DNA of 52,845 nucleotides from Polymyxa betae A26-41 (lineage: Eukaryota > Protista > Endomyxa: Phytomyxea). This document shows positions 22,578 through 35,230 of the stretch, piece by piece (position 1 is the stretch's first letter; each line of letters starts with the position of its first letter). A model generated the notes under the pieces. It was not told where the DNA came from. It was given only the letters and a program-made list of their open reading frames with translations, and did no database searches. The stretch spans positions 1 to 52,845 of the forward strand of contig RBZT01000850.1 of the NCBI GenBank assembly GCA_003693705.1, written 5' to 3'. The position numbers and the translations under genes were made by a program.

Positions 22578-24122
22578 ATGCCTAGATATCAATTTGCGCT
22601 GTTCGCGTCAAGAAGTACCGTTGCGGACAGCTTAAGCTCTGTAGGTATGCCAAAAAATGAGAACGCAAGGTAAGATTCGCATTCTTGAATCTTGATACAG
22701 TCGCGCAGTATTTACTTTTTGGCATCATGGTGTTATTTCAAAGGATTTTTCTGAGCGATTGCGGACCTTTCTTTACGGTACCTATATGAATGGATATTGC
22801 GAGAGCAGATTGCAACTGACACAGAAGCAAGTAGTTATGCAATGCAGTTCGTCAATAGCTCGACACCTGATCGGTGCCGCTCACTATCATTGATGAATGC
22901 AACACGAAGCTCATAAAAACTGCAAATTTGAGCAACGCATCTCAACATTGTCCTGTAGTCCGCAAATGTCTATCCAAGTCCGGCAAAGAGGCCATTTCCT
23001 CACTTCTTCGATCAGCCAATTTTCTTGGAAGCACAAAGAAATTGGATTACCCTATCGATTCATTGTCCACGGCTCCATTTCCTCTTTATCTCAATGACAC
23101 TGAATATTCGGATCTTGCACAAGAGTTTCAATCAAAATCACAAATCAGATCAGATCCAATTTCAAACCTTCATTTGGCTGTATGTCTTATCAACGAATCC
23201 ATATTCAGAAAGTTTTTGCTATCATTGGAGATTAACATTTTCTAGATTCTACGAAGAAATCGTTTGGCGGCGTTTTCTACCACAAAGAATATGTAAGAGC
23301 TGCTCTAGAGCCATGCTTTTGAGGCCTGATTTAGGGTACGTTTGGATCCAATTTTGCAGATTTCGAGGATGTATTTTGTGAAATTATCTTTGCAATAACA
23401 TGTTGACGAACCCCCAACTGCTGGGGACTTCAGTTATATTTTAACGTCAGCTGCCAATCCAATATGAAAGGCTCAGAATAGCAGTGGCTGCTACATGAAA
23501 GGTGATTCCACTCGCAATCAGGCAAAGGTTGGAACCTGAAGCTTTCAATGCCAATCTCGCTGCGTGTATCGTCGATCGCCTGATGAAGGCCTCGAAGAAT
23601 CTTTGGTGTGGATCGATGAAGCATCTCAACGATGTATTGATATGCATCGACAACAACCAGGTCAGTGATATCCATTTATCCGTTTTTTGTCTTCTTGGAC
23701 TTCTGTTTCCAGTGCATTGTTTGAGGATTTTTCGAATCGTGTCTCGACGAGTTCTTTCGACTCCTCCCGTGAATGGACGAAGCTCCCCAAACGCTTTAAC
23801 AGATCTCGTATGGCGATGCAGGTTGAATTTCTTGAAACTTCCAGACAGTCCTGTGCACAAGATTTCAGAGCTTATCGTTCTGTTGAACATAAGATCGTCT
23901 ATGATTCAGCACCCGATCTATCACCTAGTTCCAGGGCTGTGTCCATTTCGATGTGATCGACGGGAACCGCCCCAGAACCCTCCCGCCTGATCTATATTCT
24001 CTCTAAGCAACGAGACGATATCTTTCAGGAATAACGGTGCCGGCTTGTCGTTTGTGGAATTGCTGGCAACCTGGGCCTTTCGTTTCCTGGAGAGCGCCTG
24101 CAGACCAGAATCTGTGTTTTAG
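22578..24122 (+). pseudogene. Multi-exon gene or pseudogene of unknown function
   Basis: Protein-like ORFs 22874-23245 and 23502-23990, a GTAAG donor near 22670, and internal stops and frame changes. No recognisable motif. Confidence 0.3.
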
Positions 24123-24864
24123 TGTTGGGCTCATTTACCCCTTTTGAGACCATTTAAACCTAAATTATGATAGTTTTCATTTTAAAAATTGGATGGTTTT
24201 GACGTTCGTCTTCATGATCCAGTAAAGCATTTTGTATTTGTTTATTCGAATCGCTTCCCAATATGATCCTAAAGTACGATAAGCAAGGGCCAAGGGCCAA
24301 CAGTGTCTCTAAAACAAATCCAATAAAACCCTTTGAATGTCAAGTCAAAAATTCTCATTTCAACTGCCACAGTTTCACAAGATTGCTTACAAAGCCTTAC
24401 ATCACTTGCTGGACTGATTGAATGGGGTTTCTCAATCAGGCGGTAAATTGTTGTTGCATATTCGACGCAGCTAATGCTGCATTACCGAACAGCACGATAT
24501 ATATTCAGTCAGTATATATTCAGATAAGATAGATCGTGTTACGGTTATTGCTTTGTTATGAACATTGAGAGATCAAGGGGACAGCAAAATTACAATCTGA
24601 CACGAGGTCTGATTCAAGACACCAAAAGCTAAGCTTGGCCTGCTTTAACTGGCATTTGATGACAATTAGAATCGAGGCGGGATTCGAGAAGCCTGAACGG
24701 CGCGACAGATTATGACAATCAGCTAACAGAGACCCCAGGCTGAGAACCAGCAGTTGTCGAAGACCTTTGTCCAAAATCAGACGACATATTCCTCCAACAA
24801 ACATGACAGTGGTTACAGCATCTAATAAAAGAATAGGTTAGGTGTGTTTGCTCGACCAGAAATG

Positions 24865-25777
24865 TTAAATGAAATCACGAACTGCTAAGTTCCCATATTC
24901 GTTATGATTCAGGATTGCTTCAATGGCGAGCTGTTTAGCCCCTTCGAAGCCATACTTATTGGCCGCAAACGATTTCTTCGTTCGGCGAGCGATCTTCCCG
25001 TCCCGATTTCGAGAAACCAGCATAGCGACCCAGACGCCGTTGCGAATCTCTCCTGCACCAGGTCCTGTCCGAATTAATGGGCTGATTGTAGAATAATGTC
25101 AACAAATACCTTGCCAGAGAACACCAGGAACATTAGATTGATAATCGGCAGTAGTCCTTCTTCTCTCATGTCGCCCATGAGAAAGTTTCGAGTCGATCCG
25201 GCGCCTAAACCGTTCTGCTTCGATTCGAACGGCATCAACAGTACAAAGATCGTCTACTGGAAACTTCTCAAAGCGACGGTGTCTTCGACCGCTTGGATCC
25301 AGAGTTATCCAATCTGCTCTCCACTCCTATAAAAGTGTCAGAAAACGCCAGCACAATAAATATGTGAGCTGACACGACGAGGATCACACCAGCGAACCCC
25401 TTCAACATCCGATTGGTATACAGCAGGCGTCTTCAATCTCGTAACTTTACAGCTATCTGAAATAACTAAATCCTTCTCAATAAACCTGCATGAGAAATTG
25501 ACAGAAACACGGCACCTGCCAAACCAGCTCGTTCAGCGGCCAATCTACATTTCTCGGCGAGCATTTTAGCTAGATGGAAGCCGAATCTGTGGATGGAAAA
25601 GAAGCCACGATGGCGCCTTCTGGGAGACGGTCCATTCACATAATAAGTGTAAGCCCAACCCTTGTTACGAAGATCCCAGGTGACGCCGGTCACCCGAACG
25701 GGCTGGATGCTTCCAGCGACGCCTACAGACGATGCCGGCGACGACAGACGCCGCAGCGCAGCGCATCTAAATATCAT
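24865..25777 (-). CDS. About 253-aa protein with three tandem ApiAP2-like AP2 domains and an N-terminal mitochondrial-type presequence
   Basis: Exons 25777-25516, 25456-25374, 25326-25110 and 25064(or 25052)-24865, all GT-AG and phase-compatible. Domain 1: GVTWDLRNKGW..FFSIHRFGFHLAKMLAEKCR. Domain 2: YQSDVEGVRWCDPRREWRADW..FEKFPVDDL..RIEAERFR. Domain 3: YQSNVPGVLWQ..GVWVAM..KKSFAANKYGFEGAKQLAIEA. Confidence 0.85.
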
Positions 25778-26444
25778 ATTGTGATCTGAGAGCTTTCAAG
25801 TCCTCAATACCCTCTTCTATCCAATGGTTTTATCAAGTCAGCGAAACCCTAATCCTGACTGTACTACTGACATTTGTATACGGGATCAGACTTAACAATA
25901 AGACGAAGAGAAATTCGTTGCATTGGCTTCAATCTAACGCTAGGAAATCCTCGCAAATACAAATGGTATTCTTGGTCATCAACAAAGGCGATAGCGACAT
26001 TAACACTTCCGTTCGATTCTGCTAGGTGTACGAAGAGAATCTTGACCGAGATCGTGAAACATGTTTGGTACTTATTCTATTCCATCCATCCAAGAACATT
26101 GCCATTTTCGAAGCATTAAGAGCAAGAACGGGCGAATAGAGAGAGCCAATGGCATCATATCTGGAACCTGACAGCATATCTATCGGAATACCCAGCGAAT
26201 GAGCAGCCGAGCTCGATAACGAGTGCATCATCAGCAAAAACAAGATTCGGCAATGGTTATGTCTTTAACGAGATTAACGACACTGATCATGTTGAAAATG
26301 TTCCTTTAACTATGCATAATTAAGAAAGCAGATATGATAAGCATTGAAAAACAGTGAATGATGCTAGGAACTTCTAACATCGATTTGGCTGTTCTCTAAA
26401 CCGGGAGCAGACAAATTACTGGATAAAGTGACAGATTCCAAATA

Positions 26445-27724
26445 TTAAACTGAGATAGCCGGCGCCGGCTCAAGTTGATGTGAAAACTCATTCTCGACGA
26501 ATGATTTGTAGGTAGCGAGATCTGGACCTTGGGAGCTTTGATGCTTTACGGCAGCACGTCTTGAGCGCATTCTACCCAGTTCTGCTCGAGCTAGCCGGCT
26601 GATGTACCACGATGCAAACATGGTCAGACAAAAAGAGAATCCAAACAGGAAATACCTGAGCGAGATTGTAATAAGACCTTGGAAAGCAACAAACAGAAAA
26701 GCGACGTACTGTAATTTTGATACATGTTCCTCAGCAGGAGGGGCGTTGAGAGAAGGTGCAGCGGCTGTAGCGTACGATAGCGAGGAAAGCGATGCCCCGG
26801 CGCTGACTTCGACAACAATGAATGGAGCCAGGCCAAGAAGGGTCCCAAGGAAGTAATCGCGAAAGCGAACGCTGGTAGCAGACAAGACGTAGCTACTGGC
26901 ACCGAAGGGAAGGAACGATGTCATACGAAGCAGAGCCACGATTTGTAGCCCTAACCCGCGGTTAGATGAAGAGCAAACAAATACATCCAAAAAATTGACG
27001 CCAATAAAGTTACTATTGAAAGCATTTGCAAAACACATCAGCAATGTTCAAAATTTGAGAAACTTTTAAAGAAAGGCCCAAATACCAAATCGTAAGTTGA
27101 AAAACGACCTTTGTGTTTCATGAGAAGTTCTTCAACATAAACGATTTTCGATCTTCGTGATAACCGAGAAACTTGTGACCGGCAAGCATTCCTTCCGACT
27201 GCATAAACGATGGTCCCAGCGAAAATCGCGGCAACAGCAACCTCCAGACAGCCCAGCGGAATGCCAGGAAAGATGCCATTGGCGCGAACTGTGACAAATC
27301 CCATTCCAAGAATTAACGGGAACACCGGCAAACACAACAGCTAATTTACAGGATTAGACAGGAATCTTAAAGACACATTTGCGCTTACAGCATTGAAAGT
27401 GTAGAGACCGACGAATCCCAAAAACCCAAGAAAAGGATTCTGGTCCATTAAACCAAAGATTACAGAAGCAGCTCGAAACAGCTTGTCTCCTTCGAAGAAC
27501 AGATAGACAAATATTGAAGTTGCAATGACAGCGAAGACGATCAGGCTGATAGGGACCCAGCTTTCCTTGATAGTTCCCGATACCGAGCTTTCTGAATCGG
27601 TATCTGAGAGAGCTTCTTGGTCCAGAACTGGAACAAGAGCATCGTTGGACGGGTCCTTAGATGCCATCAGCAAAGGACAGCCCTTTGAGAAAAACGGCCC
27701 ATCATCCAACGTGACGTCCTGCAT
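26445..27724 (-). CDS. TVP38/TMEM64-like SNARE-associated Golgi (VTT/DedA family) membrane protein, multi-exon
   Basis: LCLPVFPLILGMGF, AGTIVYAVGR, IVALLRMTSFLPFGASSYVLSATSVRFRDYFLGTLLGLAP; several transmembrane helices; short introns. Confidence 0.85.
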
Positions 27725-27943
27725 GTAAGGCGCGCGAACATGCCAAGTGCAGCAGGAACATGAATCATCCCTTCCGTACCAAGGTCGACCTGATTAACCT
27801 TGCAACCGACCATAAAATCTCTGAGAGAAGTGCGGCACTACTGTATCAACTCGAAGAGAAGCCTAGCGGAGAAAACACTGTATTTAGCATGTATCATAGG
27901 TATTTATGCAATACTCTGTTGTGGTCAAGAACTCGGGTATTTA

Positions 27944-28030
27944 GGATTGGATTGGATTGGATAAACTAGTTTGTTGATTTTGTCAATGGGCGGCGCGGTG
28001 ACCCGACTCAGGTATTTTCGTAGGACCAGT
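27944..28030 (-). mobile_element. Short LINE 3'-end fragment with (AATCC)n tail
   Basis: Minus strand reads ccgcccattgacaaaatcaacaaactagtttatcc(aatcc)3, resembling 13900-13964 and the actagt-plus-tail end at 9692-9720. Confidence 0.55.
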
Positions 28031-28520
28031 AAAATGCAAAAACATACGGTTCCGGTAATGAACATGCGCAACGGCGCATTTTAAAAACTTATATATTAGA
28101 GAAGAGTGCGCAACTGAGAACGTTTCGCACTTGAAAAAAATTGCATGAAATGCCAGCGACTACCTTACTTGAGCGTTTTTGGGCGAGCATTTGGCGCATT
28201 TACAAATCTATCCCCAAAAGCGCTGGGCATTTCTATCAAATGCATAACTCAGTAAACTCAGAGTTAATAGGGTTTGACGGATTCGGAATGGCCAGCCAGA
28301 GAAATTGTCCAGCGAAAATAAATGCCCATTTTCTACTAGCGGTTGCAGCCCCGGGATACTGACCAGATCTTTCCTCGCAAAGGGACTTTTTAATTTCACT
28401 CTAGATAAAAAACAGTGATAAGATTTGGTTGCGCAAGGCAGCTATAACAGCTCTGCAGCGACTGTGATTTAATGACCGGCTCGATTCAGTCCATGCTGCA
28501 AGAAATGTCAGTGAGATCAT

Positions 28521-28877
28521 CCTAGCTGTTGAAGTTGCTAGATATCATGATATTGGTATAGCCTTATGCCAGCAGCGGAATTATTGGCTGGCTTTCGTGG
28601 AATTCCGAATGCGCTTCTGACAACGACATGACAATGTAAAAGCTCACCTGGACGCCTTCCCAACACCTCAAAGTGCACCTGGCAGCTTGAACCGAGAGAA
28701 ATCTCGACTTGAATAGATTCACATTGTCAATTTATCGCCACAGTTCATGAGCCTGCAATGGATAACCCTAGCAGTTGAAGTTGTTAGATATCATGATATT
28801 GGAATAGCCTTATGCCAGCAGCGGAATGATGGGCTGGCTTTCGTGGAATACCGAATGTGCTTCTTACAACGACAATG
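28521..28877 (+). repeat. About 110-bp direct repeat pair (28521-28630 and 28767-28877)
   Basis: cctagc.gttgaagttg.tagatatcatgatattgg.atagccttatgccagcagcggaat... occurs twice. Confidence 0.9.
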
Positions 28878-29172
28878 CACGGAAAGTCGAGTTCTGGATG
28901 TTCGAAATCGTTGTGGCTGGCATTCCCAACAATCTAGCACGTCACGATATCTGAATTTGACGACAGGTTCCTGGTAAAGTCTTGGTAACTGGCCCCGATT
29001 AGCAAATCCCTATATAGCAGAGAAGGGTGAATAATCACGAACTTTAAATAATATGATAAAATCTGCTGAATGATTGGCGATTGGCCGATTGCAGATCTTT
29101 TTTAAAAAAAAAAGGCTTGAAAGTTGTGCGCAGTTTTTTTCTTGCACAGCGCAGCAATCACCAATCCGATCG

Positions 29173-30255
29173 ATGAGCGGGAGGCGATCTTTCGGATTCT
29201 TCCAACTGATCCGACGATCGGCTCGTCGGTCGTATCCTGTCTCTCTGTCAGCTCTGGCAGTCGCTGGGCTGGCTACTGATGCCAGCATTGGCGGGACTAA
29301 AACCGACCCAGGGCTAGCTTTCGAATTCGGCTTGGCATACTTTCCACATTCCGAGAAACTAGCAAAGGGCGGCGAAGATGCCTATTTTTATAACCACAGC
29401 GTTAATGCATTTGGAGTTGCTGATGGTGTCGGGGCGTGGTCTACGATGGGGATCGATCCTGCAAAATTCTCGAGGAAATTGATGCGTTTATCGGAATATG
29501 CCATCATTGAAAATGCTGCCGAAAGCGAAGATAAAGAACAGCTGATGCCAACTCAGGCTATGCGATTAGCTTATGATGGAGTTCGTCGGCTTGGCATTCA
29601 AGGCTCTTGTACCGCCTTGATTGGCATTCTCAGGGACGACGCGCTGTATATGGCAAATTTGGGCGACTCTGGTGCCATGATTCTATCTCGAAATGACGAC
29701 GACGACAAGTCGCTGTTGGCTAACCCCAATGCTCTTTCTAGTATCTCTTTGTCGGATAGCAAGCCTGACCGACGTTCTTTCTTGGAGAGCAAAGTCGTTA
29801 TATCTGATGATGACAGCGACCAGCATCCTTCCATTCAAAGTGGATATGATATCGTTTACAAAACCGAAGACCAACAACATCGATTTAACTGTCCGTATCA
29901 ATTAGGGTTGGAATCCAGCGATGCTCCAGAAGCTTCTTCTGTCAGTAAGCATACGATGAAAATCGGCGACCTCGTTATTGTTGGTTCCGATGGACTCTGG
30001 GATAATCTTTTCGATTACGATATCCAGCGCCTTGCTGATGAATCTGACGATGTGACCGAGCTGGCTTATATCATTGCTAATGCAGCCAGCCGACGAGCAT
30101 CGAAAACACGCGGCGCCAGAGCCACACCGTTTGCTGTCGATGCTGCCGAGGCCGGGATTATGTTCCAGGGCGGCAAGATGGACGATATCACTGTGATCGT
30201 CGCCAAGGTGGTTCCGGCAAGCCCCAGATTGCCACCAGCCAGAGCTCGTTTATAA
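29173..30255 (+). CDS. PTC7: PP2C-family phosphatase, PTC7/PPTC7-like, probably mitochondrial
   Basis: Intronless. Motifs GGEDAY, FGVADGVGAW, GSCTA, ANLGDSG, QQHRFNCPYQLG, GSDGLWDNLF, TPF, GGKMDDITV. Arg/Ser-rich N-terminus from the ATG at 29173. Confidence 0.92.
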   Translation: MSGRRSFGFFQLIRRSARRSYPVSLSALAVAGLATDASIGGTKTDPGLAFEFGLAYFPHSEKLAKGGEDAYFYNHSVNAFGVADGVGAWSTMGIDPAKFSRKLMRLSEYAIIENAAESEDKEQLMPTQAMRLAYDGVRRLGIQGSCTALIGILRDDALYMANLGDSGAMILSRNDDDDKSLLANPNALSSISLSDSKPDRRSFLESKVVISDDDSDQHPSIQSGYDIVYKTEDQQHRFNCPYQLGLESSDAPEASSVSKHTMKIGDLVIVGSDGLWDNLFDYDIQRLADESDDVTELAYIIANAASRRASKTRGARATPFAVDAAEAGIMFQGGKMDDITVIVAKVVPASPRLPPARARL

Positions 30256-30604
30256 TCGTTTGCCAATGTTAAATGTAAAATATATAGTCATAAATCCCAT
30301 GCACCATCTGTTTATTTCCTGGGTTATTGCCAAGTTAAATACCTTCTTCTATCATCTAATCAAATATCTGCCTGTTTTATTTAGCTCATTAAATCCTTCT
30401 GTTCACGATATAATATTCTAATCTATTCTGTATACTGGTGGTTTTCGTATGAACGCAGGAAACTTTTGGTGTATTTACGGACAGTTCTACTAATTCGCTC
30501 CTTTTTCCGATATCTTTTTTTGTTTGATAGTTGCGCAGATTCGGCAGTTTCGAGATTTCGGATCCGTGAAATCTCTCGACGGGACATTACCGCCGCTTGC
30601 AACG

Positions 30605-31731
30605 ATGGCGACCGCACTAGACGGACCGAAAGCCGTCGTCCCAGGCGAGATAATCAAGCTTGGCCCAGACACGTTGCTAGAGGCTGGCCCCGGAACAACT
30701 CAACTTAATGGTACGCTTCCATATTTCTAAATTCCGCTTCAAAAGTTGACACGTTTCTTCAGATAATTCGGTTCGAGCTCTGAAAGCCGGCATCCTATCA
30801 ATTTCTTCGAATCGCTCTAAAGTATTGCTTTCTTATTGATCATTTAGTTTTTTGAATCGTTATCTGTAACCAGGGCACGACGACGGTTATTGTCGCCGTA
30901 CAATCTATCGAGAGGCGCTATACACCAATTGTCAACGATCAGGTAAAGCTTTGCATAATGGCAAGGAGCTATTGGTCTGACTTCGCTTAAAGGTCGTCGG
31001 CGTCGTCACCTCGAAGCAAAGCGATCATTACCGGGTAAATATCGGCGCCAGCCGCGAGGCCTATCTCCCAGCTCTGGCTTTCCAGGGCGCCACCAAAAGA
31101 AATCGCCCGAATATCAATGTTGGAGCTGTGGTGTACGCTCAGGTGGAGATGGCGAATCCCGATATGAGACCCCAGCTTACTTGTATATCTGCTCATTTCA
31201 AGAAAGAATGGACCACGTAAGCTTTTAGATTTCTCACATTTCTTTCTTTTGCCATCATGATTTTCTTTTATTGTTTCAAGTTGACTTTATTTATTTCATC
31301 TTTCTGTTGCTGTTTGATGTCCTGTTAACTATGGTTGAGCCGCTTATCGGTTTGTATTTTATTTAGCGTTTATGCTCCTTTATTGGGTCTTGAAGATTGT
31401 CTTATCGCTATTCGTTGCATTGTCGTTGGTGCTAATCTTGTATCTCAGCGGCGAAGCCTTATTTGGTGAGCTGCAAGGCGGCTATTTGTTCTCCTGCTCG
31501 ACGGCCCTGGTTCGACAGCTTCTTGACGACAGCTGTGTCGTGCTGAAGGCTCTTGGAGAAGCGCTGCCTTTCGAGATCACGGTCGGTGCTAATGGAAAAG
31601 TCTGGGTTCGTGCTGATACGGTTTCACATACGATCATCGCCATTAATTGTATTGCAAACTCTGAGCATCTGCCTGACGAGACTACAATCGCCATGGTCAG
31701 AGAACTTTTGAATATTTCAAGAAATACATGA
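30605..31731 (+). CDS. RRP40: Exosome complex component RRP40 (EXOSC3), multi-exon
   Basis: VVPGE..GPG, RRYTPIVNDQVVGVV, YRVNIG, LAFQGATKRNRPNINVGAVVYA, FGELQGG, PFEITVGANGKVWV. Four GT-AG introns; TGA stop. Confidence 0.95.
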
Positions 31732-32419
31732 GGCTATGCTTCACGATTAACTTCGCCTAATTGCATAAGTTGGACGACTCTTGGAATTTGCACAAGGCCA
31801 GCGAGTCGCCAATCTGGCTCAGCTTGCTGTCAACTGGAGTTAGATATGCCGGATAGATTAACTGTGGCTTCAAGAAAACATTGTTACAATTGAAAGTTAA
31901 GAAATGGTAACCAGATGGTCTTGAAAATGAATCAGAATCGCCCCTTTGAATTTAAGTAATTCGCTACTGCAGAAAACCCTTTGCCAATACCAACAATCGC
32001 TTGCTTTTTTGATAGCAAGCGCTACCATCTTGAGTGGTGTTTCGAGCTACACAGATACACTAATAGAAACAGTCTCATAGACAACTGATGATATACTGCA
32101 ATCTTCTGATGGTTTGTAAAATACTTGACATTGTGCAGAGCCGTGAGCTTGAGGACAGAGACTCTTGTGATGACTCTGAACTAAAAGATCTGATTGCTAA
32201 TCGCTGGCTTGCCTAGTCAAGACCGACAGCCAAATTTCAAGCAAAAGATTGACGCCAGAATTTGATGACTAAGCAGCCAAGCGGAGATCTAGAAATCGAT
32301 ATCTTGTCGTTAACTGAAAAAACATTATTTTTCAATAAGACAACAGCGAGGTTTTGGCAACCAAGACACTGACAACGTTTCAAATCTGACTTGAACTTCA
32401 CACTACTGTAATTATATAG

Positions 32420-33765
32420 TTAAAGATCGTATTCTTCAGAGGCGAAAATCATGTCCAGCAGATAAGCTAATCTCATCCCACCCGTGATGAGCTGACGCTC
32501 AACGATCTTAATAACGTGATTATAATAGCCTTCGCAAAGGTGGAACCCAGAAGCGATAGCTTGTCCATTTTCGTCAACGTATGCATAATCACCTGATCAT
32601 GGTTATCACCGAGCAAACAGCAATGAAACCCAAATAACGACAGCACGCCATAGTTTAGCTACAGACGTCGCTTACATGCCAAGAGCGCGGAGTCAGATGC
32701 CCAACGTTCGATGCAGATAGAGAGATCTTCGTCTTCACGGCAAAGTTCAATATCGTCGGTCGGCAGCTGCCAGAGATGCTCAACGTAAGCGTCCCGAGAG
32801 CCGTGAAAATCCAGAAGCATGCGTCGAGTGATCAGCTCGTGGTCCCAAATTGCATGCAAGTTGGTGCGTTTCCGACGACAAAACGATCCACGATAACCGT
32901 TGCCTCCTGAAATTAAGTTAGATGACCTTGACACAGAAACAGCCATAAAGCAACTCGTGAACCTCTGTCAGAATGAAATGCAACATGTAACGGCTGTAAT
33001 TTAAGAATAAGTTCGTGCAGAGACATAGCAAAAACCAAATGGATCAGATAACCGAAAGGGTATTGAAAGAAGGCAAAGAGAAAAGCAAATTATCAAATTT
33101 CACAGCAGAATACAAAGCAGATAATAAATCGAAAAAAAAAATGACGAAAGACTGGGCAGACCTGAACGATGTCGCCAACGAAATGAACCAGAAGCATGAG
33201 GTCTTCGGTTCGATTAAGAGAAGGCGATGGGGGCAACTGAAGGCGGCTGGTGTAGTTCGCGACCGCCCCGACAATGCAGTTAGAACCATCAGCGCAATCT
33301 AATGTAAAATTGAACGAGCATTTCCAGGCTGAGGTATCTGCATAATGCAGCTGTTGATTCCAGCGCCATCTTTGATCGCTTTTCACCTAAAGCAAATCCA
33401 TTCACGCCAAAGTTGTAGTGAAAGTTCACAAGAGAAATGTCTTAGCGAAAATTAGCAAATACGATACAAAAACTCGATTTAAATTATTATAGGCAGAAAA
33501 AAGCTTCTGACCCGATCTGCCCAGCTAGAAACTTTAACGAGTGATTTCATTGCGTCAGGAAGAAGCTTCCGACACCGTTCCAGTACGGCGGTTGACACAT
33601 TCCTGGAAAGGGTCGTTCAGAGGACAACTATCCGAGCAGAACACCGAACTTCTCAGCTAATGCTGCGATAATGACATGCCCTTTGTGTCCCCAAGCTTCA
33701 GCATCACAGAATAGAATAGAGTAGAGCACAAAGGTGAATAAACTAGAAGATACCCTAAGTGCCAT
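32420..33765 (-). CDS. Secreted S1/P1 nuclease, copy 1
   Basis: Signal peptide then WGHKGH, SWADR, LHYAD, HFVGDIVQPLH, DRGGN, NLHAIWD, VERQLITGGMRLAYLL; spliced. Confidence 0.92.
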
Positions 33766-34007
33766 CTGAGAGTTGTTCTTGATCTTTGAGTTTTTAACGG
33801 GGCTGTTCCATTCTGTAGAAGGTCGAAGATGTTATCGCATGCTAACATGATGGTGGTGCAGCGCCCCTTCAAAGCTTCAGGTCTCAGCATGGAGTTATCG
33901 TGAATGGCTGCGCAAGAAGATCAGGTTCTTGTGAACGCTTTTCTGTCATTACTAGGAGCTGATTGATATGGGATATGCAGAAGCTGCGTTCGGCTATGTA
34001 TTGGATA

Positions 34008-35230
34008 CTACATGACATCAATGGAGATAACATTATCAGAGTGGAAGGCGCGATGTAGCAGATAAGCTAATCTAGCTCCACCTACAATAAGTTGGCGTTC
34101 GACGACATTGATAACGTGATTATAGTATGGTTCGCAAATATGCAAAGGAGAATGCAGAGCTTGCCCGTTCTCATCCACATAAGCATATTCGCCTATTGAA
34201 TAGTTGGCAAAACATTTTGGAGAGAAATAAGAATAACTCTTACAGGCTAGAGAGGCGGAATCGGACGCCCAGCGTTCGATGCAAGCGCCGAGCTGATCGT
34301 CCTTAGTACATAGTTCAACATCGTCGGTCGTGCGCTGCCAAAGATAATCTATGTAGTCATTCTCGGAATCGTCAAAATCGCGACGAAGGCGACGCTCAAT
34401 CATGTCTTCATCCCAGATTTTATGCAGGTTGGTATGCTCGCCACAAAATTCGCCATGGTCTTCATTACCACCTGTAAAGAGGGTTATAAGGTGTGTTGTT
34501 CTCTAAGAAGAACCTTTCTAACCTCGATTCGAAGCGAATCCGACATGTAGCGGCTGTAGCATCGTGTCAATATCGGTATTTATCACTAAAATACGAGAAG
34601 AAGCATATTTTCAAAACGAAAAACAAAAGAAGTTGACAAAAGCGGAATGAGAGCCAACCTGAGCTAAATCGCCAACGAAATGGACTAAAAGCATGAGAGC
34701 CACAGTGCGATTATTGCTAGGCGACTCTGGCATCTGCAAGCGTTGGGTGTAGTTGGCGATAGCACCGACGACACAATTGCAGCCATCGGGGCAGTCCAGT
34801 GTCGTATTGTATGAGCATTGCCAATCAGGTGTATCAGCATAATGCAATCGCTCTGTCCAATGCCATTCGTGCGTGTATTTCACCTGAGACAACCCAGCTT
34901 AGCCATAAACTCTTACAGCGTAATAAAATCAGAAGACAAAACCAATTTCTATGAGGACAGAATCCAGGAACCCGAAAAAAATGAAATACCCTATCAGCGA
35001 AATTCGCGATTTCGGCAAGCGACTCCCCATAAGGAAGCAGGTGATGGAATCGGTCCAGAACAGTAGTCGATACGTTCCTGGGCAAGTTAACATCGAAAAA
35101 GCGTCTAACCAGCATAAAACCTTTCGGCTAAGGTGGCCACGACCCGATGTCCGACATCTCCCCAAGCCTGGACATTGCTAAGCAGAACTGCAGAGAGCAC
35201 GCAGATGATCGTTTGTGAGATCGACTCCAT
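34008..35230 (-). CDS. Secreted S1/P1 nuclease, copy 2
   Basis: Signal peptide then WGDVGH, NFADR, LHYAD, HFVGDLAQPLH, NRGGN, NLHKIWD, VERQLIVGGARLAYLL. Same intron positions as copy 1. Confidence 0.92.

Noticed and set aside
29074-29172. N-terminal extension of PTC7 from a TTG start
   Set aside because: The first in-frame ATG is at 29173 and yields a typical presequence.
24865-30255. Functional cluster of mitochondrial genes (AP2 protein and PTC7)
   Set aside because: Only two genes, separated by an unrelated gene; chance adjacency is sufficient.
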